64,000 nucleotides of DNA from an uncultured Gammaproteobacteria bacterium. GTDB taxonomy: Bacteria > Patescibacteriota > Microgenomatia > Levybacterales > UBA12049. Under the pieces are notes generated by a model. That model searched no databases. It saw nothing but the letters and a program-made list of their open reading frames with translations, and was not told where the DNA came from. Shown here one piece after another: positions 20,120 to 28,464 of this stretch. The number at the start of each line of letters is the position of its first letter. The stretch's first letter is position 1. The stretch is from assembly GCA_964414015.1 (NCBI GenBank), contig CAYPUE010000001.1:8893-72892 (forward strand), written 5' to 3'. Position numbers and translations under genes: made by a program.

Positions 20120-21025
20120 TTAAGCAAAATTGCTTTTTTGCGCAATAATTCCTATGTTGCCCCCGAATAGGGGAATAGCAAAATCAAAAAAGCTTAGCTT
20201 ACTAAAGCTATCGTGCAATATGTTTTTAATTCCCTTAGGTAAAGGGGCCATTTTTGCATAATAAGATAGGGGGTAAGTATTTTTCACATTAAATATCTCA
20301 ATATTTTTAAATTTATGTTTTGAGAACAATAAGCTTAGTGTATGTTTGTTAAAAAGATATATATGCTCTATATCGAATATTGGCCATTTTTCTCCAAAAA
20401 GTTTTACAAATATATTGTCCGTATTGTGTACGGCAAAAAGAATAAATCCTCCAGGTTTAAGAATCCCTCGCGCTAATTTGATAAATCTATTCGGATCTAC
20501 TACATGATCTAGTGTATGGAAACATAAAACAGCATCAAAATTATTATCCGGAAATTGTTTTTGCTTAAAAATATCTGTAGTAATCCTCTTTTTAAGATAC
20601 GGCGGTGCCTCGGAAACCATTTTCAAACTTGCTTCTACTCCAAACAAATCTTTTATCCCCTTTTTCTTTAATGCTTCAAGAAAAAATCCGTTTCCGCACC
20701 CGATCTCTAAAATTTTTGGATTTTGGGATAAAAAAGGTTCTATCCGCTGAAATTCTTTCATATACGCCTTAGTAAGATAAGGAACCTGCTTGTCGTAACT
20801 GCAAACGCTTTCTCTATAAAATTCTGTTATTTTTGAAGGCTCAAGGATAGGAGATGAGAAAATTAATCCGCACTTCTGGCATTTAAGTATTCTATAATGA
20901 ATTCTGTCTGGAGATCTGCGTGCCGAGTAGGTAATGCTCGTTATATTTCTTTTGTTGAACGTAGATTTGTATAAAACTTCTGTACGTTGATTTTTACCGC
21001 ACAATGCACATATAATATCAACCAT
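20120..21025 (-). CDS. Class I SAM-dependent methyltransferase with N-terminal zinc-ribbon
   Basis: 301 aa. CALCGKN...CQKCGLIF Cys4 ribbon. SAM motif I ILEIGCGNGFFLEAL. Acidic motif II AVLCFHTLDHV. Confidence 0.7.
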   Translation of the reverse strand: MVDIICALCGKNQRTEVLYKSTFNKRNITSITYSARRSPDRIHYRILKCQKCGLIFSSPILEPSKITEFYRESVCSYDKQVPYLTKAYMKEFQRIEPFLSQNPKILEIGCGNGFFLEALKKKGIKDLFGVEASLKMVSEAPPYLKKRITTDIFKQKQFPDNNFDAVLCFHTLDHVVDPNRFIKLARGILKPGGFILFAVHNTDNIFVKLFGEKWPIFDIEHIYLFNKHTLSLLFSKHKFKNIEIFNVKNTYPLSYYAKMAPLPKGIKNILHDSFSKLSFFDFAIPLFGGNIGIIAQKSNFA

Positions 21026-21971
21026 GAAAAGTATTATAACAAATAAAACGGTTCTTATTACGGGAGGAGCTGGTTTTATAGGATCAAACTTGACTAGGCG
21101 GCTTTTGAAAATGGGTTATAGTATTAATCTTATCGTAAAAAAAAATACAGATCTTTGGAGATTAAAAGACATAGTTTCTAAAATTAGAATACATAAAGTA
21201 GATCTTCTTGATAGCCTGAAACTTTCCCAAACAGTAAGCAAAATTAAACCGGAAATAATAATTCATCTGGCAACATATAGTAATTACAGAGATCAACGGG
21301 CAATAAAACAAATGATTGACCTTAACATCCAAGGAACTTTTAATCTTCTTCTGGCAAGTAAAGATATTAATTATGATATTTTTATAAATACAGGCTCCTC
21401 TTCTGAATACGGATTAAAAAGCAAACCGATGAAAGAAAATGATTTATTAGAACCTGTAAGCTTTTATGCTGCTACAAAGGCATCCGCTACGCTTTTGTGC
21501 CAGGTATTTGCAAAAGAATTTAAGAAGCCGATCGTAACTTTTAGACCGTTCTCTGTTTATGGACCTTATGAAGAAAAAAGTAGATTTATGCCAACCATCG
21601 TCAAAGCCCTCATCAAAGGCAAATCAATAAATCTTACCCCCGGAAAACAACGCAGGGATTTTATCTATATAGACGATGTCGTTGATATATACATAAAAGC
21701 TATGAGGACTAGAAAAAATCTTGCAGGACAAATCCTAAATATCGGAACAGGGAAGCAGTATTCCAATGATGAAACGGTAAAAATTCTTTTCAAAGCAGTT
21801 GGGCAAAAAGTTTCAGTCAAAAAAGGCGCTTTCCCTAAACGGTTATGGGACACGCCTTATTGGGTAGCTGACATCTCCAAGACAACTAAATTGCTTAAAT
21901 GGAAACCCCGATTTGGCTTAAAGGAAGGATTGAGAAAAACTTATTTTTGGGCTAAAAATGAAAAAATTTAA
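21024..21971 (+). CDS. NAD-dependent NDP-sugar epimerase/dehydratase (extended SDR)
   Basis: 315 aa. VLITGGAGFIGSNLTRRLLKMGY, catalytic YAATKAS (YxxxK), GSSSEYG. Confidence 0.75.
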   Translation: MKSIITNKTVLITGGAGFIGSNLTRRLLKMGYSINLIVKKNTDLWRLKDIVSKIRIHKVDLLDSLKLSQTVSKIKPEIIIHLATYSNYRDQRAIKQMIDLNIQGTFNLLLASKDINYDIFINTGSSSEYGLKSKPMKENDLLEPVSFYAATKASATLLCQVFAKEFKKPIVTFRPFSVYGPYEEKSRFMPTIVKALIKGKSINLTPGKQRRDFIYIDDVVDIYIKAMRTRKNLAGQILNIGTGKQYSNDETVKILFKAVGQKVSVKKGAFPKRLWDTPYWVADISKTTKLLKWKPRFGLKEGLRKTYFWAKNEKI

Positions 21972-22692
21972 TATAAAATTATTAGACTGGGATCAAAAAA
22001 ATACAAGACGCAGAATTATTGAGATAAGCTATGGCAAAGGCTTGTCTCATTTAGGATCTTGTCTGTCTGTTGTAGATATTATCGATATAATTTATAAAAT
22101 AAAACATAAGGATGATAAATTTGTCTTATCTAATGGCCATGCAGGAATTGCTTTGTATGCAATACTTGAAAAGAATAAACTTATTAAAAATCCTAAAACT
22201 TCGGAAAAACTACACATCCATCCCGACAGAAATCCGAAAATCGGGATAGATGTTTCCACAGGCAGCCTTGGACAAGGCCTGCCTATAGCCTTGGGATTAG
22301 CTTTTTCCAACCGGCAGAAGAATGTTTATTGCATAATTTCGGATGGGGAATGCACAGAAGGCAGTATATGGGAATCTTTAAGAATTGCAATTGATTATAG
22401 AATAGGGAATTTAAAAATCATTGTAAATGCAAATGGATGGGGAGCTTATGGATCAATTTCAACGAAAATCTTGCTTAAAAGGTTAAAAGCTTTTGGTTGC
22501 ATGGCAATAACCGTAGACGGACACAATAAAACTGATCTTCTTAAAACTTTAAAAAGGAAATCAATAAATAAACCGATTATAATATTTGCAAAAACCGAGG
22601 TTGAACAATTTGAATTCCTTAAAGGACAAGATGCTCATTATTACAAAATGAACAAAAACGACTATAATAATGCTCTTAAAGCATTGCAATGA
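21958..22692 (+). CDS. Transketolase, N-terminal (ThDP-binding PP) subunit
   Basis: 244 aa. GHAGIALYAILEKNKLI, GSLGQGLPIALGLAF, IISDGECTEGSIWES are characteristic of split transketolase subunit A. Confidence 0.7.
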   Translation: MKKFNIKLLDWDQKNTRRRIIEISYGKGLSHLGSCLSVVDIIDIIYKIKHKDDKFVLSNGHAGIALYAILEKNKLIKNPKTSEKLHIHPDRNPKIGIDVSTGSLGQGLPIALGLAFSNRQKNVYCIISDGECTEGSIWESLRIAIDYRIGNLKIIVNANGWGAYGSISTKILLKRLKAFGCMAITVDGHNKTDLLKTLKRKSINKPIIIFAKTEVEQFEFLKGQDAHYYKMNKNDYNNALKALQ

Positions 22693-23189
22693 AAAAACAA
22701 AATTCTCTAATGATGCGAGCTATTTTCGCGCAAGAAATACGCAAAAAAATGGCAAAAAACAAAAAGGTCTTCGTACTTGTAAATGACCTTGGATATAAAA
22801 TGTGGGATAAGATAAGAAAAGATTACCCTGAAAGATTTATCAATGCAGGAGCTGCGGAACAATCCCTAATAGGAATTGCCGTGGGACTTGCTATTTCTGG
22901 TAAAATACCCATTGTATATTCAATAACAACATTTCTTTTATATAGACCATTTGAAACAATAAGAAACTATATAAATCATGAAAAGATACCTGTTAAACTA
23001 ATAGGGAGCGGCAGAAATAAAGACTATATTAACGACGGGTTCTCTCACTGGGCAGAAGAAGACAAAAAAGTAATGAAAGTTTTTGGGAATATAATATCAA
23101 AATGGCCAAAAACTTTACAAGAAATTCCCAAGCTGGTTAGCCAAATGACAGAAAGTAAAGACCCGTGGTATATTAATTTAAGAAAATAA
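22689..23189 (+). CDS. Transketolase C-terminal-section subunit, truncated to the pyrimidine-binding domain
   Basis: 166 aa. MRAIFAQEIRKKM...VLVNDLGYKM...FINAGAAEQSLIGIAVGLAISGKIPIVYSITTFLLYRPFETIRN matches the transketolase Pyr domain. The usual C-terminal domain is absent. Confidence 0.6.
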   Translation: MKKQNSLMMRAIFAQEIRKKMAKNKKVFVLVNDLGYKMWDKIRKDYPERFINAGAAEQSLIGIAVGLAISGKIPIVYSITTFLLYRPFETIRNYINHEKIPVKLIGSGRNKDYINDGFSHWAEEDKKVMKVFGNIISKWPKTLQEIPKLVSQMTESKDPWYINLRK

Positions 23190-23192
23190 AAT

Positions 23193-23223
23193 TATGACCC
23201 TGAGTATTAATCGAAGGGTCATA
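23193..23223 (+). terminator. Hairpin (9-bp stem tatgaccct/agggtcata, 13-nt loop) in the 51-bp spacer between the transketolase subunit and the GT2 gene
   Basis: Perfect inverted repeat read directly from the sequence. Followed by the T-containing tract ctgagtttatcg. May be a weak intrinsic terminator/attenuator or a protein-binding site. Confidence 0.3.
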
Positions 23224-23240
23224 CTGAGTTTATCGAATGT

Positions 23241-24182
23241 ATGAAAAAGAAAATATCTGCAATTATCGCCTGCTATAAAGATGAACAGGCAATTCCTATT
23301 ATGCATAAAAGGCTATCTTTTGTATTCACAAAAATAGGAGTGGATTACGAAATAATTTTCGTAAATGATGGTAGTCCGGATAATACAGAAAAAGCGCTAA
23401 GTCTACTGGTAAAAAAAGATAAACACGTAATTGGGGTAAATCACTCAAGAAATTTCAGCTCTCAAATGGCATTTACAAGCGGTATGGAGATTGCAACCGG
23501 GGATGCGGTTGTCCTTCTTGACGGAGATTTACAAGATCCTCCCGAAATTATAGAAAAATTTTATAAAAAATGGCAGGAAGGATATGACGTTGTGTATGGC
23601 GTAAGAACGAAAAGAGACGCGCCTCTTTATATGGCAATTTTATATAAGTTGTTCTACAGGATATTTCATATGATGTCTTACATTCGTATTCCTCTTGACG
23701 CCGGAGATTTCTCCCTGATCGATAAAAAAGTGGTAAAGATAATTAAAACGTTTCCTGAAAGAGACAGATTTCTAAGAGGGATACGCGCATGGGTGGGATT
23801 TAAACAGATAGGCGTTCCTTATGTGCGTCCCGAAAGAATGTTTGGAAAAACTACCAATAACCTATTTAAAAATCTTAATTGGGCATCAAAAGGAATTTTT
23901 TCTTTTTCCTATGTACCTCTACAAATTATAACTCTTGTCTCGTTCGTTGTTTTTATTATCGCTCTTGTCGCAATGATGGTACAAATAATTTTAAGATTTT
24001 TACTGCCAAATACGCCTCAAGGAGCAACTACTATTCTCGTTATCTTCTTATTCATCGGCGCAATTCAACTTCTGGGAATTAGTGTTCTTGGGCAATATAT
24101 AGGTAAGATATTTGAAGAAGTAAAACAAAGACCAAAATATATTATAAAAAGTATTGTTAAGTATAATTCGAAACAGATCTGA
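23241..24182 (+). CDS. GtrB/DPM1/ArnC-like polyprenyl-phosphate hexose synthase (GT2 with C-terminal 2-TM anchor)
   Basis: 313 aa. ISAIIACYKDEQAIP, YEIIFVNDGSPDNT, DGDLQDPPE (DxD). C-terminal hydrophobic helices (LQIITLVSFVVFIIALVAMMV, TTILVIFLFIGAIQLLGISVLG) and QYIGKIFEE, as in GtrB/DPM1. Confidence 0.75.
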   Translation: MKKKISAIIACYKDEQAIPIMHKRLSFVFTKIGVDYEIIFVNDGSPDNTEKALSLLVKKDKHVIGVNHSRNFSSQMAFTSGMEIATGDAVVLLDGDLQDPPEIIEKFYKKWQEGYDVVYGVRTKRDAPLYMAILYKLFYRIFHMMSYIRIPLDAGDFSLIDKKVVKIIKTFPERDRFLRGIRAWVGFKQIGVPYVRPERMFGKTTNNLFKNLNWASKGIFSFSYVPLQIITLVSFVVFIIALVAMMVQIILRFLLPNTPQGATTILVIFLFIGAIQLLGISVLGQYIGKIFEEVKQRPKYIIKSIVKYNSKQI

Positions 24183-24183
24183 T

Positions 24184-25818
24184 TTATTGGTTTTTAACCA
24201 AAAGACTTTTGATTAATAAAAACAAACTTAATAATATAAAAATAAAGGATGAAATTGTACCAATCGTCCTTGGGCTCGTAGCTCCTAACTCTATTTTTAT
24301 ATCATGATTTCCTGCATTAAGATGGAAAGAAAAAAGCCCATTAGGAGTTACATTTATCTTAACTTTTTTGCCATCTACAAATACTGACCATCCTGGAAAA
24401 TATGCTGTATTTACTCCAATTTCCGAATCATCCTTAGCTTCGATCTTAAAATCATAAAAACTGCTAATAATTCTTTTGGGTGTTATAACGCCATCTCCTT
24501 TTAGAAAAAATGCTTTATCTTTTTGTTTCTTTAAATCTCCATTAAAAAATATTGTATTGAATGCATTTCCCGGGCTATTGGTTCCATCTATAAAATTCGA
24601 TCGCGTTATGTAGTAAGAATCTTCTCTATAAAGGTAGTAAGCTGGTTTTGAATATTCAATCCCCAAAAGAAAAGTAAAAGTAATCATAATGATTGCCAAA
24701 ACCCATGACTTCCAATAAAAAATAATACTCCCTGCCAGAAATGAAGTGATTAATATAACAAGACTTAAGAGTCTCCATGGAAACTGAAAATAATTTACAA
24801 GCGGAATATTAACCCAAATCGGATAGGAAATTTTTTGCATTAAAAATAAAAGAATTAGAAGGGATATTATAAAAAAGAAAATTATCCTGCATTCTGTTTT
24901 TTTCTTTATAAAAAATATACAACCTACACAAAAACTTATAAATGTTGCGAAAATATTAGCTATCCCTATTTGGACAGACATCTCCGTAGCTATATTGGTT
25001 CCAAAAAATCCGGATCCCCATGAAGGAATAATTAATTGATATAAATCCGGAAAATTAACATTCAAACTGAAAACTTCCAATCCAACGACATATTGCCTCT
25101 CAAATAGAGCAGGTATCCAAAAAATTGAAGATAATCCAAGACTAATTAGTATTACGTAGAAAGTATTAAGTATTAAGTATCTGCGATTATTGCTTATGCA
25201 TATTAGAAAAATAATGTAAGAAATAGAAAAAGCAAAAAACATTAAAGCTAAGATATTATGAGAAAATATAATTAACGCCAAAAATATACTTGAAATTGCA
25301 ATATATTTACTTTGTCTTTCTTTAAAGAATTTCGTAATCGACCAGAGAAAAGCCGGAAAAAAAGCAAGAGCCCACACCTCTCCCACAGAACCCCTAATGT
25401 ATGCATCCACGAAATGGTAAGGCGAAAATGAATAAAATACTGAAGATACTATGCCTCCTAATGTACCCCAAAATTCTTTGCTCCAAAGATAAAAAAATAC
25501 TCCGCCGATTATGAAGGCTAAGAACATCTCAAGCTTAAAAGAGTCTATGAAGCTTATACCAAAAATGTGAAAAAAGGAAGCGATGTAGTTTGGTAAGGGA
25601 TAAACGTAGTTAAAAAGCGGCACCCCATATCCATTATTTAAGTCCGGAGCCCAACGGGGATACCAATTGCCATCTCTTAGAACCTTATCGAATTCATAAA
25701 ATCTTACAATATGGTATTCTCCATCATGCGTAGGAGATAATCCCTTATGGATAAGTGAAAAACCAGCAATAATGGAAAATATAATAACTAAAAGTATTGG
25801 AAGAAATTTTTTCGCCAT
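24184..25818 (-). CDS. Polytopic membrane protein of the HDG-PRW-GYGYP family (YfhO-related GT-C-like) with C-terminal YFPGW beta-domain plus TM anchor
   Basis: 544 aa. N-terminal loop SPTHDGEYHIVRF...NWYPRWAPDLNNGYGVPLFNYVYPLPNY. More than 10 TM. C-terminus NTAYFPGWSVFVDGKKV...AGNHDIKIE then a terminal TM helix. Paralogs at 29242, 55651, 57144, 62826. Confidence 0.55.
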   Translation of the reverse strand: MAKKFLPILLVIIFSIIAGFSLIHKGLSPTHDGEYHIVRFYEFDKVLRDGNWYPRWAPDLNNGYGVPLFNYVYPLPNYIASFFHIFGISFIDSFKLEMFLAFIIGGVFFYLWSKEFWGTLGGIVSSVFYSFSPYHFVDAYIRGSVGEVWALAFFPAFLWSITKFFKERQSKYIAISSIFLALIIFSHNILALMFFAFSISYIIFLICISNNRRYLILNTFYVILISLGLSSIFWIPALFERQYVVGLEVFSLNVNFPDLYQLIIPSWGSGFFGTNIATEMSVQIGIANIFATFISFCVGCIFFIKKKTECRIIFFFIISLLILLFLMQKISYPIWVNIPLVNYFQFPWRLLSLVILITSFLAGSIIFYWKSWVLAIIMITFTFLLGIEYSKPAYYLYREDSYYITRSNFIDGTNSPGNAFNTIFFNGDLKKQKDKAFFLKGDGVITPKRIISSFYDFKIEAKDDSEIGVNTAYFPGWSVFVDGKKVKINVTPNGLFSFHLNAGNHDIKIELGATSPRTIGTISSFIFILLSLFLLIKSLLVKNQ

Positions 25819-26930
25819 AATTTTTCTTTTATGGATAAGTACAAAAGAGCCGCAATGGATGGAATAAAGGTTACCAAAGCTTTAATCAAAGGCGTAGGTC
25901 CGAAATAAGTACCAAGAAGCATGAATGGAATATAACGTAATAATAAACCAAAAGAGCAGGAGATGGAAAGATATAATAAAATTTTATTTTTTGGAACAAG
26001 AAATGAAAATGGAAGAAACCATATGGCATACCATGGGTAAATTTCTTCCCTAATTGGCGACAGTAAAAACGCCATTATCATTAATATTGCCGAATAAGAA
26101 AATACATTGTCCCAATTAATCTCCATTTTCCTTACTCTCCTTATGACAACATATATAAAAATAGGAAGTAAAAATAAAGTTGCATATTTTATAAGCATAG
26201 ATAATATTATAAAAATAATTGCCCAAAATATTCTCTTTTTCATTAATAAATAAAAAGCCAAGAGCGCAAAAAACATCATAACTATATCATTATGTCCGCT
26301 AATTAAAGTTTCTATAATTACTAAAGGATTTAGAACGAATAGCAGAAGAGTAGCAAAATTTTTTGATATTTTCCAAATGATAGATATTGTACCTAGATAA
26401 AAAAGGAGTATAAAAAGTTTAAAATTTAAAAGCGTTAGCAGAAAATTCCCAAAACCCAATACATAAGGTATTCCTGTTAATAATATCCAAACCGGACCGT
26501 ATAAAGCGGTTTTATTAGCAGCGTGCATAAAGAAAAGTAATGGATCTTTTGTAAACTCAATAGGCATAATTATATAAGGGTTTTCGTGGTAAAAAAATAA
26601 AACCTTTGAAGTTGCAACATAGTTAAAAATATCATAGGAAAGCATTGCTGGATAAGACAGAAGTAATAATGCAATTGTAAGAATTAAGTATAATTTAAGA
26701 TCTTTAAAACCAAATAATCCCATTTTGCTTAATCTAACTATCAAAAAATAAAATATAAAAAATATTAAAATGAGCAATATATATAAAACGGTTGTTAATT
26801 GGCGGTTACTAAAAGCAAAACCAGAATAAAGCCTATGAAGATATAAAAAATTTGGGTCTATAAATAAATATGAGAAAATTAAAAAACAAAATAAAAAAAA
26901 CGCATAAAGAAAGATAAAAACGGATTTCAT
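25788..26930 (-). CDS. Integral membrane protein (about 11 TM), putative GT-C-like glycosyltransferase
   Basis: 380 aa, highly hydrophobic throughout. Sits in a glycosylation context. No specific family assigned. Confidence 0.35.
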   Translation of the reverse strand: MKSVFIFLYAFFLFCFLIFSYLFIDPNFLYLHRLYSGFAFSNRQLTTVLYILLILIFFIFYFLIVRLSKMGLFGFKDLKLYLILTIALLLLSYPAMLSYDIFNYVATSKVLFFYHENPYIIMPIEFTKDPLLFFMHAANKTALYGPVWILLTGIPYVLGFGNFLLTLLNFKLFILLFYLGTISIIWKISKNFATLLLFVLNPLVIIETLISGHNDIVMMFFALLAFYLLMKKRIFWAIIFIILSMLIKYATLFLLPIFIYVVIRRVRKMEINWDNVFSYSAILMIMAFLLSPIREEIYPWYAIWFLPFSFLVPKNKILLYLSISCSFGLLLRYIPFMLLGTYFGPTPLIKALVTFIPSIAALLYLSIKEKLWRKNFFQYF

Positions 26931-27460
26931 AAATTGTTTTTCCTAATCTCAATCGATTTTAAAATTGCTTCTTTTAAATTTAATATTGTCGGAGGAGATT
27001 TTTCAGGCTTCCATTCAAACTTTTCCGGAACTTCACTTTTTAAAAGTTCGAGAACTTCTATGTGTTTTAATGCTGCATTTTGAAGAATATTCTTTTTATT
27101 CGCAATATTTTTATCTTCTCTCTCTGCTAACTTCAGATATAAAGGGGCTTGTGAAAAGTAGCTATCTGATTTAATTAATGCCTTATAACCCAACAAAAAC
27201 TGCTTGTATTCAAAGAGGGTTTTTGCTTCTACCAGATATTTATTTGATTGTTTTAGGTTATATTCAAACTGTCCGAAACTACCAAAGTGCCAATATCTCA
27301 TCATTTTCTCCCATACAAGGTGAAGTTTATACGAAGCACTTCCGGGCATTGAGGATGGATAAGGCAAAACGTAATTAGACTGCGCAAAAATAGCTGGAGG
27401 AAAAACTACGATCAACAAATAAATAATTATTGCGAATGCAAAAAGCTTTCCATTCGTCAT
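26927..27460 (-). CDS. Secreted hypothetical protein (signal peptide), paralog of 8990..9526
   Basis: The ORF track extends to 27502. The likely start is the ATG at 27460 (MTNGKLFAFAIIIYLLIVVFPPAIFA signal peptide), which overlaps the galE TGA stop as ATGA. Shared motifs LPYP...YKLHLV and LKHIEVLELLKSEVPEK. Confidence 0.5.
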   Translation of the reverse strand: MTNGKLFAFAIIIYLLIVVFPPAIFAQSNYVLPYPSSMPGSASYKLHLVWEKMMRYWHFGSFGQFEYNLKQSNKYLVEAKTLFEYKQFLLGYKALIKSDSYFSQAPLYLKLAEREDKNIANKKNILQNAALKHIEVLELLKSEVPEKFEWKPEKSPPTILNLKEAILKSIEIRKNNL

Positions 27461-28455
27461 TTTGAGTTTTGAGTTTTGAGATTTGAGATTTGTTTGTGCC
27501 ATTTAAAGGCTGTCTTAACAATTGTTTCAATATCTGAATATTGAGGCTTAAATCCTAATTCCGTATTAATTGCCGTAGGGTCAGCTACTAATCTTTCTGC
27601 ATCTCCGGGTCTTCTTGGTGCAATTTTCATTTTAAAATCAATGCCGCTTACTTTTTTTACCATATCTATAACCTCTTTATTAGAATATCCTTTTCCCGTA
27701 CCTGCATTATAGAAAAATCCTCCTTTATTTTTTTGTAATTTCTCAAGAGCCAACACGTGTGCTTCTGCTAAATCCAACACGTGAATATAATCCCTAATGC
27801 AGGTACCATCCTTAGTTTTGTAATCATCCCCATATAATATAAATTCTGATTTATCTATTGCAGATATTATTGCATTTGGAATTATATGAGTCTCGGGATT
27901 ATGATTTTCCCCCATTTTACCGTCCAAAGAGGCACCTGCGGCATTAAAATAGCGAAGACTGACAAAGCTTAATCCATAAATTTCTCTATACCAAGAAAGG
28001 GTTTTTTCAACCATTAGCTTACTTTCTCCGTATGGATTTGTAGGATTTTTTGGATGAATTTCCGGAATTGGAACCTGTATTGGGTTTCCGTATACTCCGG
28101 CTGTTGATGAAAAAATGATTGGAATGGGATTCTTGCTTTTTGACGCCTCATCTATCATGTTTAATGCTGCTAATAAATTATTCTGAAAGTAAATGTAAGG
28201 ATTTTCCATGGACTCTGCCATTGAGATATAACCTGCAAAATGAATAATTCCCTCAAATTCATTTTTCAAAAATAGGCTGGAAACAAAATCTCTTTTATTC
28301 AAATCGCCAATAATAAATTCTGCTCTGCTATCAACTGAATCTTTGCGGCCCCTGGAAAGATTATCAACGACCACGACTTGATAGCCTTTTTCCAAAAGTA
28401 GAGTCGTCATGAAACTGCCAATATAGCCTGCCCCTCCCGTTACTAAAATCTTCAT
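27457..28455 (-). CDS. galE: UDP-glucose 4-epimerase
   Basis: 332 aa. MKILVTGGAGYIGSFMTTLLLEKGYQVVVVDNLSRG. YGESKLMVE (YxxxK). Full-length GalE-like extended SDR. Confidence 0.7.
   Translation of the reverse strand: MKILVTGGAGYIGSFMTTLLLEKGYQVVVVDNLSRGRKDSVDSRAEFIIGDLNKRDFVSSLFLKNEFEGIIHFAGYISMAESMENPYIYFQNNLLAALNMIDEASKSKNPIPIIFSSTAGVYGNPIQVPIPEIHPKNPTNPYGESKLMVEKTLSWYREIYGLSFVSLRYFNAAGASLDGKMGENHNPETHIIPNAIISAIDKSEFILYGDDYKTKDGTCIRDYIHVLDLAEAHVLALEKLQKNKGGFFYNAGTGKGYSNKEVIDMVKKVSGIDFKMKIAPRRPGDAERLVADPTAINTELGFKPQYSDIETIVKTAFKWHKQISNLKTQNSK
27460..27494 (-). repeat. Heptanucleotide tandem repeat (ttttgag x4 plus one degenerate copy) at the galE 3' end and the downstream gene start
   Basis: Direct reading: ttttgag ttttgag ttttgag atttgag atttgtt. 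It encodes the galE C-terminal tail QISNLKTQNSK and precedes the ATGA start/stop overlap. Confidence 0.7.
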
Positions 28456-28464
28456 AGGCTAATT

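Noticed and set aside
27460-27502. N-terminal extension MAQTNLKSQNSKLK of the ORF 26927..27502
   Set aside because: It is encoded by the heptad repeat in the galE C-terminal coding region and precedes a textbook signal peptide. The internal ATG at 27460, overlapping the galE stop as ATGA, is the more plausible start.
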